Origin: Polymyxa betae A26-41
Lineage: Eukaryota; Protista; Endomyxa: Phytomyxea
Length of the DNA stretch: 64,000 bases
Assembly (NCBI GenBank): GCA_003693705.1
Contig: RBZT01000809.1
Location: forward strand, 78,378 to 142,377
Reading direction: 5' to 3'
The position numbers and the translations under genes are program-made. Of the stretch, positions 1 through 12,276 are shown one piece after another (within the stretch, counting starts at the first letter, position 1; every line of letters begins with the position of its first letter). Below the pieces are notes generated by a model. It was given only the letters and a program-made list of their open reading frames with translations. It made no database searches and was not told the DNA's origin.

Positions 1-294
1 ATCGCATCTCAAGATCAGTCGGGTTTCAAGATGACGTATGATGGGTCGAAAATTCTGATAGGTTCTGCAAGGTCGATACGTGGCCTGGATATTCCAATCA
101 TTGAGCATGTTATCATTGCCGCAATTCCAGCCACGACCAAAGACTATGTACACATTGCTGGCAGAACTGCTCGAATGGGCAGAAAGGGCACCGTCACGAC
201 ATTGCTAACGGCTCCTAGCCTCGGAAGGTTGCAAACTTTCGCTAAGGAGCTCAATGTTTCTATCGAACAGGTCGACAGTAAACCAAACATTTAA
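1..294 (+). CDS. DEAD-box RNA helicase, C-terminal part (5' end outside window)
   Basis: Motif V-like SIRGLDIP and motif VI YVHIAGRTARMGRKG; stop at 292-294. Confidence 0.85.
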   Translation: MASQDQSGFKMTYDGSKILIGSARSIRGLDIPIIEHVIIAAIPATTKDYVHIAGRTARMGRKGTVTTLLTAPSLGRLQTFAKELNVSIEQVDSKPNI

Positions 295-405
295 CAAAAA
301 AAGTCCGAAGATTTTTATTTTTGAAAGTAACTAATCAATTTTATCGGCATACCTTGCGAATCGCTATGACGCTGATAGATTGCTTGTCACCGTTGGCAGT
401 AATCG

Positions 406-1227
406 ATGGGCAATGGTGTTCACTCACTGGTGATCTATGACAAGAATACTCAAGAATCCTTCAAGCAGCGTGGCATTGTGCCATTCATTGAGATGTCGAG
501 GTTACCAGAGCATCTCGAAGAATACGTTCTTGGCTTCTACAGTTTGCCTGTGATCTTCTACGCGTCCTGCAGAAGCGGATGCACCCAACTGGTTCGACAG
601 CTGCTCAGATTTCCCCAACTTCATCGCTACCTGGACCGATGCAAACTTCATGTCAATCAGAGCTTCGTTGTCGCTTGTGTTCATGGTCACGTCGATACGG
701 CACGCCTTCTCCTGCTGAATTTCGAAATGGACAAAACCTGTTTTGAATACGCTATTAGAGAGGCGGCCGCTGTGGATCGCGTCGAGATTATTCGTTTGGT
801 TCTAGCTTCAAATAACTCGCCCGATTCCGATCTAGTATCAAACGTTTTGCAAAGTGCTTGTTTCACGGGATCTAACAGAATCATCAGCCTGATCCTTCGA
901 AAGAAACTTCTAAATTTTAACGAGATGCCATCAAATCTCCTTCAGAGAGCCTGTCTAACAGGATGTACTGAACTCGTTCAAAAGCTATTATCATCGGGTT
1001 GTGGCCAGCCGAGTAAGACCGTTTTCACGAACGCTTATAATGCCGGCTATCGAGAGATTGTCGACATGCTCATTCGCGATCCTCGTCTATCAGAATCCTG
1101 TATAATGCAAGCGTTTGAAACCGACGAACGTCGCGGCGATGCCGATCGAGCAGCTCTCTTGTCTGCAAGCATAAGCGATTCGCATTGGCTCTCTGGCATC
1201 AAAGGTCAACCCAAGCTCTCTACATGA
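406..1227 (+). CDS. Ankyrin-repeat-like protein, intronless, 273 aa
   Basis: Recurrent ankyrin-like units: ASCRSGCTQLVRQLL, ACVHGHVDTARLLL, ACFTGSNRIISLIL, ACLTGCTELVQKLL, AYNAGYREIVDMLIRDPR. Confidence 0.65.
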   Translation: MGNGVHSLVIYDKNTQESFKQRGIVPFIEMSRLPEHLEEYVLGFYSLPVIFYASCRSGCTQLVRQLLRFPQLHRYLDRCKLHVNQSFVVACVHGHVDTARLLLLNFEMDKTCFEYAIREAAAVDRVEIIRLVLASNNSPDSDLVSNVLQSACFTGSNRIISLILRKKLLNFNEMPSNLLQRACLTGCTELVQKLLSSGCGQPSKTVFTNAYNAGYREIVDMLIRDPRLSESCIMQAFETDERRGDADRAALLSASISDSHWLSGIKGQPKLST

Positions 1228-1543
1228 TTTGCAAACAGATTATGCGGCTTTTGATCCGGCATTTTCAATCGCTTTAAGATCCAAGCAGCTGTTGAACCAG
1301 TATTTAGTATCACAAATTCTTACAGCAATGTAATTTCATATTCTAACCTTCACGTAATTTATCAGAATGCATAAGAAATAAACTGTTAAATCAGCATTTT
1401 CTACATAGCCCGAAACGTAATAACGCAATTTAAAATAATTTGTTAAAGTGGAGTGTGAGTTATGCTTAGTATTAAGAGGGTATAGTTGAAGGAGTCCGCT
1501 CGTTGTTATCAGTTCAGGATTCAGCTAATAACAGTTGTGGGTG

Positions 1544-2829
1544 ATGATGGCCCGAATCATCGTTGCCGTTCTGCTTTTCGCAGCATCGGCAGTTGCATTG
1601 GGCAAGCCGGCGTCGCCGGATTTGATCGTGGTATCGTCTGAGGCCGCCGGGCATACCGCTTTGCTAGCCCAACCTGGCACTAGCTTTCCGGTTCCTGTCT
1701 CTGAACTAAAGGACGTTTCTGCCGCCGTCCTGAAGCTCTTCAATGTTGATGGGATCGATGGGTCGCTACTCGGCCGCCGCCTTCCTAGGGCTTTGCTAAT
1801 GATAGTTGTTGGAGGAGTAGCGTCTGAAATGCTAACGGACGCTGATTTCCCTAATCTATCCGCTATACTGGAAGACTCACCAAAGAGCTTGATCACCACT
1901 ATTCCAGAGCCTCGGAACTTCGACAATATGGTCAAGACGGCGCTCTCGACGAAAGAATTGACGTTGACACAACAGTTCCAGAGCGCGTTCCGAAACCAAG
2001 CGAAAATGTCGATCTCGTCGGCTTCTGAATTCGTTTGCAACCTTGCTCTCGGCTGCGACGCCAAATCATCAAACATGGATATTTTGATATCCGCTATTGA
2101 TGGAACGTTTCAGAATCAGGTTCTGTTGTTTGCAGGAAATAGAGGCCAGTCATTCCAGTTAGATACATCTGACCAAGCCATCAATGCATTTTTGAACGAA
2201 GTCGCAATGATTATGGCGAACCCCATGCAGAGCTCAGACTCCAGCGCTCCAACCTTCATTTCTGTGACGTTTTCAACGCTCCAGCCTATTCTTGACGAGT
2301 TTGGAATCCAGTCCAAAATCGCAGCAGCATGCCTTCACGTTCTCGATGTAGCGATTCCAAAAATTATGGAATCTTTCCGAACTGCATTCTCTGAACGAGC
2401 TGAAGTTGCGATTCTGCTTCTGCCACCATCGCATGACGCCTATATGACCGAAGAAATCCGACAGATTATTGTATCGGTCAATGGTGATGCATCTCCTTCT
2501 TCGGCGTTCGTTTACCTTTCCGACGGATCCTCGGTTGCTGTTGTTCAGAAGAGACTCTCCGCAAGACTTCCAATGAATTTCCAAATTTTCAACTTCGAGA
2601 GTAAGAGTTCAAGCCAGAGCGATGTAAATCCTGCCCTATATCAGATCACGTTATGGGTGAGTATAATGCTGGTTGTTTTAGTGATTGTCTCTACTGGGGC
2701 GTTGTGCTGTGGAGAAATTCGCAAAGATACGTTGCTGTACTCGAAGGTAAATTGTGAGCAACTTGCACAGTTTTTAACTTTAAATGTGTTCTTCAGATCG
2801 CTCCATCGAATGATAAGAAGAATCGTTGA
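1544..2829 (+). CDS. ATP6AP2: ATP6AP2 / renin-receptor-like V-ATPase accessory protein
   Basis: Signal peptide MMARIIVAVLLFAASAVA. C-terminal YQITLWVSIMLV...TM...RKDTLLYSK matches the renin-receptor tail. Intron 2747-2796 gives a last exon IAPSNDKKNR* ending in a KKxx motif. Confidence 0.75.
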
Positions 2830-3386
2830 GCTTATTTGTTATAAAGGAAAATTTTTATCACTACTTTCTTACAGCATCGAAAACACTGCTCTGGTTTTAC
2901 ATCTCTTCTAATGACACAAACACGAAAACGTGATAGATAAGTTTTTGCAGAAGAGCTTTCATTCTGCAACACGATACAGTCGTTTGGTTGACAATTGGTT
3001 TCGTTATACGTGGAGTCTGGTAACATTCAGATACCATGTCAGATTCCCAACGTACATAGCCGAGTATAATCCCGACACAGCATATCAACCAGACGTTCAA
3101 TGTGTTTAATGTTTTCATTACTCGACATAAAAACGACTCATCTTACAATGCTTTCGGAAAATTATATCTTGTATGACAGGCTGACAGAGATTCTGAAATC
3201 AATGGGGGAAGCTTCTGCTCCTCAAGTCTTGTTTGCGATGTGGTAACGTTACACAGACGGAAAATTTGTTTGCGTGAAAAATATCTTGGAAGTTAGGAAC
3301 TTAGAGCTGTATTGGATCTGATGGTGCCGGTTTAAAGGTCTGACCGGCACCCTCCTTCATCTCATTTTCAATTGCTTCAGACAGCC

Positions 3387-4812
3387 ATGGCTCCGAAGCG
3401 GGCTGCGAAGCTTTCTAGAGCGGCGTCGCCAGCCAGTATTGGCGGCGACAACGACTCAGTTATCAGCGAAATCAGCGAGCTGGCCGAATCGCTGTCTATA
3501 ACAGATTCGGCCACGATCTTGGAGACGGCCTTGACGAAGTTCCTGGATCGGCGCGCCTCGACGCGTTTGGAAGCTCTGGAGATGTTCAATCGACAGCTGT
3601 CATTGCAGTTACACGAAGAGTTTCTAGAATCCGAGCAAAGCACGATTCAATCAGGTTTAATTTCCAGTCTGAAGAGGAGTATACCTGAAGAAACTGTCGA
3701 AAGCTGTCGCTTTCTCGAGCTGATCACCATCACAATGGGGCCAGCCGCAGTTCTTAACGAAGCCATTCCTGTTCTAAAATCCCTTTCACGACATGGCGGC
3801 GATAAGGTCCAGCCGGCCGCCGTTCGAGCACTGGGTACGATCCAGCTAATCACTTGCCATCATGCCGACGCCCTTCACCATTGGATGGCGACGCTTTCGC
3901 GGTTCTTCCGCAAGCGAGATCCAGGTCTTGCATCAGCTGCAATTGATGCCTGGGCGCTCTTAGCAACGCAGCTATCCAGTACTGATCTTGCTGGACCTAT
4001 TCGTGAGCTCTATCTGCCTCGTCTGGCTGTGCTTCTTCACAGCCAGTCCGTCGATATTCGGACGTCAGCGGGTGAGGCTCTGGCGCTGATTTTCGAAGCC
4101 ATCTGGCAACGTCGCAAAGCTGGAGACAACGATGATGCTGAGAGTGACGATGATTACGAGTCGGATGAGGAGAAAGTGTTATCGGGCTCGGAAGACGGCG
4201 ACGAATTCGGCAGCGAAACGCCGACTGAAAACGAAAACGACTCGAGCTTGGAATCGGACGAAGAGGTCGATGTTGAAGAACTTCAGGTCCTGTTGGCCCA
4301 GCTGGCTACCGATGGAACGCGATCGCGCGCTCGAAAGGAACGATCGGTGCAGCGATCCGTTTTCCGATCGGTATATTCGACTGTTATATCAGGTCTGAAA
4401 GAGCGCTGCTCAAGTTCATGATGTGCTGATCGAGGTGTTTGTAGGAGAGCAACCCAAGGTAGCGCTGAAAATCGGCAAAGAACGTCTCACTTTCGGGACC
4501 TGGAAATCCATCATTCGTTTATCAGCCATGCGCGAGGTGCTTGCACAAGGATTTTATCGGCATATCTCAAGCAATGATCTGGTTCGAGATCTGCTCCTGA
4601 TTTCAAGCGAGAAGCAAGATGCGGTTGGGGATTTTCAGGTTCGTACCAAATGTTCTATTCTGGATTTTCTTGATTGGGTTTTGTCTCAGGCAAATCCTGA
4701 TTCGGTTTCTGTAGAGGTGAAGGAAGTGAGCCAGTCGAAGACTAAGATGCGGCAGCAGAAGAAGAAGGCTGACAGGAATCAAAAGCACAGTTTCCGGTTC
4801 AATACTGATTAA
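3387..4812 (+). CDS. IFRD: Interferon-related developmental regulator (IFRD) family protein
   Basis: ARM-like helices, RTSAGEALALIFE, KERSVQRSVFR and TWKSIIRL...LAQGFYRHISSNDLVRDL. Acidic insert present. Introns at about 4393-4444 and 4639-4689. Confidence 0.8.
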
Positions 4813-6117
4813 TTTTACCTGTTATATTTTGTAAATAAGAAGTCTCGTCGTTTGTTTATTGGAGTCTTTTTTCCAGTTGCGCAGTCCAAAGCAGCATTTC
4901 AGTATTAGCATCTGGAACCTTGTAGACCAAAAATCAGATGAATGCCCGTGCTTCTTGTTTCTCGTTGGACACCGCGCTTTACGACAAGGCCACAAAAATC
5001 GCAGCAGTTGGTTGATCTTTGTTTATAATAGATGCGTGAACAGTTTTTAATTGTTCCTGGGGGAATGCTGGGATTAAGTTTCATAGAAAACCTCTTTGAC
5101 GGCCGGCTATTTAAGGAGCCCAATTTGCCCTCACACTGATCACTAGGAATTCAGCTCGGGTCTGCCTTGATAAAACCGAATTCAGGATATTGGATGGCAT
5201 TGAGAGCCGACTGGCTTTGTTCCGTAGCAGTTTCTGTTGCATATCCACCAACCACTATCTGTAAAGCGAACGGCAGCAACGCAGTCCTCACGTGGTATGC
5301 GGCTGAAGATAAGCTGATCGGATCTCGTTGCCTTTTGTATCTATTTCAACTTCTGACAGGGTAAAAGGCCTCATCCATTGTCAAAGCCTGAATTGCAGTG
5401 TCTGTTGCTTCAATCAATTATATGACATGTATCGTCTCCAAACCCGCATTGTTGGTACTTATTCTATACCGAAGGATACCGAATACGTAGCAATCGAGAC
5501 GCGACAGCTTTTGTTTATATGACAAATGAAACAATTTCGCTTCTCACCTATGCAGCTCAGTAAATCACCTCCAGATAGCTTCTATAATGTTCATATAAAA
5601 GCTAGTCCGTCATATGAGCTGCATCTAAACCCATCAAGCACTAGTAATACTAAGCTGTCAGTCCAATAACATCATCTTATACTGTTAATGGATAGAAACG
5701 TAAACTTGATCTGCATATTCCCATGATTTAAAAATAGGGTTTCGCACCACCACCAGAATCTTGGCAATCTTCACAGTCAGAAACCTCGTCGCAACAGCCT
5801 TTGCATGAGCAGCAGTATTCATCGTATTCCAAGAAAACAAGCATTAATGATAGCACATATAGCTCGATGACCTCATGTGGAACTCTATCTGCGGCCAGAG
5901 CACCTTGATAGGTAGATAGGTATAATGGAGGTCGATGCCATGGATGATGCCAGACAAATTCAAGGCAGCCTCTAACCCGATAAGCAGATAGATCAGCTAT
6001 AGACGAGGAGTGCGCTATCTTAGATACATCAACTTTTCTTGCAAACGGCGCTATTTTGAACATAGTTGACATGGATGGTATTGGAACAGCAAGATAGCAC
6101 AAGCTGGGCATTGAGGT

Positions 6118-6400
6118 TCATTGCTTTCGGCCTCGGCAAAATCTCGAACGTTTGATCATGGCCACGCCGATATTACAACAACCCAGTACAACCGTTAAGA
6201 ACAAAGACCCGATCACAATACAAACCACTACCACGACGGCGACCTCATCCCGGGACATAACATGATGCTGGGGATAGATCGGTGGAAATGGACTAGGAGA
6301 GGGAGAAGGACTGCCTAGCAGATCACGAGCGCCTCTGTACAATCTCCAGTGAACAAGCGACAAGCCACATTGCCACAGTCACTACCCGACAGGTAACGGG
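6118..6400 (-). other. Possible small single-pass membrane protein or its pseudogene
   Basis: ARDLLG-SPSPSPSP-FPP, then hydrophobic VAVVVVVCIVIGSLFLTVVLG and a basic tail. A signal-peptide-like stretch lies upstream in a different frame. Confidence 0.25.
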
Positions 6401-6699
6401 CCGCGCTCCAGCAACAAGACCAGTAACGATATGACAAAGGCCAGGAGGCGATACATCAGTCGCAGAAGCTGTGAGACCCCACAGATGAACATTGGGGCGC
6501 CCCCTGATGGGCCCGCACTCCGTAGCTAATAAGTGAAAGCGATGCTTCATCTCCATGTATGAAAGTCAGGTTGAAAACTGTGCAGCTCTCGCACTTTCAT
6601 CTGCACTGTCTGTTGTGGTCTTGTGGAGTTGATCATTGGAAGCGAGCGAGCCAATGTCTCTTTCAATGCAAACTAACTGAAGAACTGGGTTTAACAGAC

Positions 6700-7800
6700 A
6701 TTACGAAGGAATATGTCGTCAGAATATTGAAGTTGAGAGTCTTGAATAGCAAGGCAGTCGAGTTCAAATCCACGCCAATGATTGAATATGCAGTAGTTGT
6801 ACCAAAATGATTCACTCTATGTTTGTATCGATCAATAAACCTTTCGTACCAGCCGTAATAAACTTTTTCACTTTTTGCATTAATTTCTCTATATCATCCA
6901 TCTCGGAAGCAACAACAATAAAGACGGTTGGAGCACAAGGCAGGAATGGGCAATTGTTCCTACCGTCTTGTGACATCTCAGACCAAGTTTCCTTATCAAC
7001 GTTCGACATATCCATATCTGGAATAGATTGCTGGTAAAATCTTCTCAGATATCGAGTACGATGTTATCATGATGCGCATTCTCAGGATCTAAGGAAAGAC
7101 CTCTCTCGCAGCAATTGCACATCCTCGGCGGCTCGCTGCCAGAACAAAGATCGAGGGGCTTCCACCCTAAGGCAGATGTTGTCGGGACGGAATTTATTAT
7201 GAATCGTGCATTGCATTTGCGGTGGCAATGACCGGCCGCCATTTGTTCGCCATTGTCTGAGATGCGCCGGCGGTGTCCACTGTGCGCCGGTTGCAATGAA
7301 TCATAAGTAGGTGTTAACAACGATGGCGATCGAGACGCTTTACATGGCTGAAGATTAACGCTGTTGGCATCTCTGCTCATCATTTCTAGCTGCATAGCAA
7401 TGGTCATATCTTCCAACCATCCTCGAGTTGCGCGCTCCTTTTCGTGTTTTTGTCGATTTAATTTCATACAGTCAAAACGCAACCATATGCAGGGTCGATA
7501 ATCATACAATATACGTCTCTCGTAATACAGCACATCAATATATGATAAAGGTTGAAACTGATGACATGCCCCGATAAAAAAGGCTGCAACGTCGAAAGAA
7601 GCTGCATCAGGGTGCCCCGAAAAATCAATCGGTTTTGTGCGGCAAATATTTTTATGCTGCCTGAAGCTCTCGCAGCCCACAATGGCTTCATTTGAAGTTG
7701 TCACGAGCTGTGAGCCTTTCCAAGAGCTGCAGTCGCCCTTCGGGAGCATTATAGCTTTCCGTTGATATGCGTTAGGATGAACTGCGATTATATCGTCCAC
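6700..7800 (-). pseudogene. Decayed Uma2/DUF820-like PD-(D/E)XK nuclease, preceded by an HNH-like segment
   Basis: IPDMDMSNVDKETW...PFLPCAPTVFIVVASEMDDIEKLMQKVKKFITAGTKGLLID resembles the Uma2 pattern (PD..WV..ERW...P.APDFVVEVRSPSD...L..KM..Y...G....WLID). Broken by stops at about 7045 and 6812 and a frameshift. Upstream PAHSGH...N...GHCHRKCN. Confidence 0.5.
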
Positions 7801-8130
7801 AAAAGTGAATAGACCAAAATATATAGCTCTTTGTCGTTCAGTAATCAGTTGATCTGTTCAAGAACGTAAACTTCCGGGCGTATGTTAATTCCGGGTTAGG
7901 CAGAGAGACGGCTCTGTTAAGGCGAAAGTTCTCAATCTGCAACATTCACCATCCACTTTGTAAAGATTCCTTGGTGTGCTCTGCCAAGTCTCAAGCTTTA
8001 ATCGAAATCTATATCGTATTTGAGAATCGTGCGCCCAGTCGAAAGTGCGACACTGCAATTTTTAAAACTGCGGATTTGGGGTATTTCGTGAATTACGTGA
8101 TTTTAATAACATAAAATTATAAAAACAACT

Positions 8131-9055
8131 TCAAACGCGCTGTTGGCGCTTGGCCTGTTCATGTCGAATGATGGCCATGTCCAGCTGCGCTTGCAAGACA
8201 TCGGTCGGTTGATAGCGGGGGTGCTGTGTAGGGGGTAGCAGGCTTTGCAGCTGCTGTAATGTATAGTAGTACTTGCGAAACGCGCGAACGAACACATCAC
8301 GCTGCTGCAGTTCGTTGTCCGCGACCGCGTTCAACAATCCCCAATCACGTTCGAACTGGTCAGCCAGGTTGTTAGCCGATGTAAAGATGTCAGTCGCAAG
8401 CCGTGCTGGTTCATTAGCAATCCGGGAGCTAACAGCCGGGATCCACCAACGGTGCTCTTTTGGAACACAGTCAGGGATCCCGTGCTCCGGTGAAAAAGTC
8501 AAGGATGGATGCCGCGCGTAGTAGTCAGGATGGAATAGCCCGACGCTCGCCATAAACGTTTTTCGTATAAAGTTGGAGGGCTGTCGCTCCATCCTCACCG
8601 GCGTTTTCAGGAAGGTGATCGCCGGGTGTTCGGGGATCTTCACGCGTAACGCAATCAGACCCCCGAACACGCATCTGACAATCAGTCGTTTGTGACTCCT
8701 TACAACCGCTCGCCTCGCAGTTCACAAAACTCGGAAGCTTCGTTTTGAACAGGTTTCACGTGGACATGCGTGCGTATAGATCTTCCAGGATGTCGACCCC
8801 AAATCGGAGCTTCTGCTTCTGACCGTAGACAATGTAGACGAAGGCGAGGACACCGGTGCGACGACAGCAGTCTAGCAATATGTCGGTGCTGAAAATGGTC
8901 TTGCGCGAAGTGATCGTCATGCCCGGAATAGATGGAGCCGCCAGACTTATATCATAGATGGTGTCCAGGTACTCGGTGATCTCGAACATGAGGGACGCGT
9001 TGGACTTGTTAGGATGGTACATCTTAACAGTTGGCTCAGAAGTCAACAGCGGCAT
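8131..9055 (-). CDS. Hypothetical protein, probably two exons (about 280 aa)
   Basis: ORFs 8756-9055 and 8131-8670 join in frame through a GT-AG intron at about 8675-8759 with a CTGAT branch-like motif. No family recognised; the start may lie further upstream. Confidence 0.4.
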
Positions 9056-9537
9056 CTCATTGACCTTATCAATGCGGCTAGTGTGGCGGGTGCTGAAGCT
9101 GGAAGGAAACCGAGCACCTCCTTGATTCTGTGGATATCTCCGGAAAACTTTAAAAGCGCTTTAAAGTGGAGGCCACGCAAACTTGCGAAATAAAATCGGA
9201 AAATGCATACTTTTCACTGACTAACATCATCAACAGCAAAGTTAAAAACACTTTAAAGGCCCTTTAAAAGCAGACATTTAAAGCTACGGAAAGCGCATGT
9301 TTGATACCCCCTAATACAATTGGAGGACATCGTTTCGACGTAAATAGCTGGAAAACTGAAACCTTGTTTTCGAAAATACGGAATTTTGGTTTAAAAGTGT
9401 CGATAGGGGAGGAGCAGCCTCGTCAAGTTACGGGCAACGTTACCATAGCAAGATTTCTTGAACATTCTCACAACATTTCTTGTTCATTGTGATCTGGCGC
9501 TGCTTGGTGGCTGGAGACGTCGTCGGCTCCGGTTACC

Positions 9538-10455
9538 ATGGCGGAGGTCCACTGCAATCTGCCAGGAACGACGCGCGAGGACCTGTTCGCCTGGAAGCCG
9601 ACCGACCCGGAGACGTCCGAGGGTGCGTTCGTCGCACAGGAATACATCCAGGACATGATCCGTATGAAGCAAGAGATTCGAGTGATTTGCGAACTTTGCT
9701 GACGATTTGCAGGTCTTAATCCATCCGATATGAGCAAGATTGTGACGCCGCCTTCTAATCTAGATAACAGCGTTTGGATCTTGGAACATCTCAGGTGTGC
9801 ATTTTATTGCTCTTCCAAATAATATCGTTTTTTAGCTCTATAATTCACTTGCTGCTGTTTTATGCTGATATGTATTTCTCTTGGTGATTTGTCGAAATGT
9901 CTGAACGTCATTAATACGATGCACAGACAGATTCTGCTGGAGCTGAATTTTTTCGTGGCTTTTATCGCAGACGATTGCAACTCGGAGACATGCCCTAAGA
10001 TGATCGCTCATAAGTGGGGTCGGTATTCCCCCCAGTAGTTGCCGCTGTTTTCTAACTTTGCTTGTGTCAAAGAATTCTTATGTGCAGCACATAAGAAGCC
10101 GCAGGACTGTAGCGCCATCGATTACATCGTCCATACATTGAATGGCTTTATCGGCCTTCTAAACAACAAATCGATCTTCCCAAGCCGAGGTCCTCCTATC
10201 TCTGTCTTCTGAACCGTTTCATTGAATTTTTATTCAGTTCGGATTCCACCAAAATCGCACCAGTTTTTCCAATCGATTCCACGACGATTATGTCGTGTGT
10301 TCGCGCATGTCTTCTTCCATCATCGCGAGCTGTTCGACGCCTTCGAGAAGCGAACGTATCTATGCTGTCGATTTGTGGCATTAACCACCCGTTTCAAGTT
10401 GATCCAGAGGCAACATCTAATTATTCCTATTGACCAGCTCCCTCTTAGTCTCTAA
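9538..10455 (+). CDS. MOB4: MOB4/phocein (STRIPAK subunit), 5 exons
   Basis: Spliced product has [49 protein letters not shown] and [18 protein letters not shown]. Confidence 0.9.
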
Positions 10456-10559
10456 AATATTGCTCAAATTCTGAATCAGCAGAGCACTGCTTTTATCGAA
10501 ATCGATTCGTCCAATGACTGTGTACCGTACCGTTTTGATCGTTGCTTTCATTCCATCGA

Positions 10560-12142
10560 ATGGGGGTGCTGCTGCTCGTGATCGCTGCTGTTGCGGCGGC
10601 GATCGCCTCGGCTCAGGATTATTCAAATGGTTGGAATCCGCCGGATGGTCCCAAAGAGAAGGCGCCCCAACATTCCGGATACATCCCGATTTCCACCAAC
10701 GCCTACACGTTCTATTGGCTGTTCGAATCGCGAACACATCCAGAAAAAGCACCTCTGGTGATCTGGTTAACTGGAGGGCCTGGCTGTGCTTCCGAATTGT
10801 AAAACATACGTCACGTTTCAAGGTGAGATTGATCAAGACCTTGCAGGGCCGTATTCTATGAGCAAGGCCCGTTCCGGTTCGAGAAAGACGGCATTCGTAT
10901 CAACAATTACGCTTGGAATGAGGTCGCCAATCTCCTGTTTGTAGATCAGCCACGAAGCACCGGGTTTAGCTTCGTAGATGGGAGCTCGAATGAGCAGTTT
11001 AATCGGGATGAGGTCGGATGCGACAAGAGACGCCCTGGAAACCTTCTGACATCGTCTTGGTAGAAATCAATTAGCGATGATATGTACGAGTTTCTGCAGG
11101 GATTCGTGCAGCAATGTCCGGAGTATGCTGATCGTGATGTTTATATCACCGGTGAGAGCTATGCTGGACATTATATTCCTGTATTCGCCAGTAGAGTTGT
11201 ACAAGGAAATCGAAACGGTGATGGTCTCCCAATCGCTCTGAAAGGTAATTTCAAGGTTTTGGCAAATCAATCCAGTTTTTTTGATGATTTTGTGTATTCT
11301 GTGTTGCAACTAATTGCTGAGATCGTTGATCAGGAGTGGCAATCGGGAACGGCTGGGTGAATGCATTCTATCAATTTCCAGCCATGATTGAGTATGCAAA
11401 AAAGCACGACTTAATAGTCGACGATGAAGACAAACGTCGCGATCTAGACATCCTCGCCCAAAACTGCCAACTTCGCATAAAATCGGATCCGTCGCAAAGT
11501 CGCGAATCGTTCGAATATTGTGCTTCTATCGAGAACTATCTGCTCGGCGACCCGGCCGTACAGACCCGTCATTTCAATTATTACGATATCCGGATAGAAT
11601 GCGGCCCGCACGACGAATGCTACGACTTCTCGCAGCTCGATCAGCTGCTTGCCGAAGGCGATGTCAAATCGAGCCTGGGCGTGGACCCGCGCGCCGATTG
11701 GGATGCTTGCGATGTCAACGTCTGGAACAATCTGGTCTCGGACCAGAAGCTGGCCTGCGACGCCTTCGTCCCGGGCCTGCTGGAGGCCGGCGTTCGTGTC
11801 TTAATCTATACGGGCGTGGAAGACTTTCTCTGCAATCACATCGGTACTGAAGCCTGGGTTTCAGCAATGAAATGGCCCGGGCAGAAGGTCTGTCCTCTAT
11901 AACGGTTGACGCCGCTGTGGTAATTGTCTGATTAGGAGCTGACATCTCAAAGCTGGTCGTCGTGGTTCGCCTTAGGCGAAGAGGCGGGCCGGTTTAAACA
12001 GAGCAAGAACTTTCTGATGGTAGAAGTCAATGAATCGGGCCATATGGTGCCGATGGACCAGCCCGAGCGAGCTCTCGAGCTTCTGAAAGCGCTTCTGGGC
12101 GATTTCCACCTGGAAGGCCCTCCGACACTAGCTATCGATTAG
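10560..12142 (+). CDS. Secreted serine carboxypeptidase (peptidase S10)
   Basis: Signal peptide, [23 protein letters not shown], catalytic GESYAG, DFLCN and ESGHMVP; several short introns. Confidence 0.95.
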
Positions 12143-12276
12143 TGTCGAGATAAAAGTTTCATTTCTCTGGTTTTGCTTATTCAGCTCGGTAAACGACAGA
12201 ATAAGTTTTAAGACTGGCAATATAAAATCACATGTTCAAAGTATAGATATAGAATTAAAATAATATCACGACGGTA

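Noticed and set aside
3323-3351. 9-bp hairpin upstream of IFRD
   Set aside because: Too short to distinguish from chance.
4860-6111. Short ORFs, including a Cys-rich one at 5728-6111
   Set aside because: No recognisable family or consistent exon structure.
9148-9270. Imperfect inverted repeats (CTTTAAAGTG / CACTTTAAAG) suggesting a MITE
   Set aside because: Only 10 bp match perfectly, built from a palindromic TTTAAA motif, and no TSD is seen.
9860-9906. Possible C/D-box snoRNA in a MOB4 intron
   Set aside because: Imperfect C box, only about 40 nt to the CTGA, and no terminal stem.
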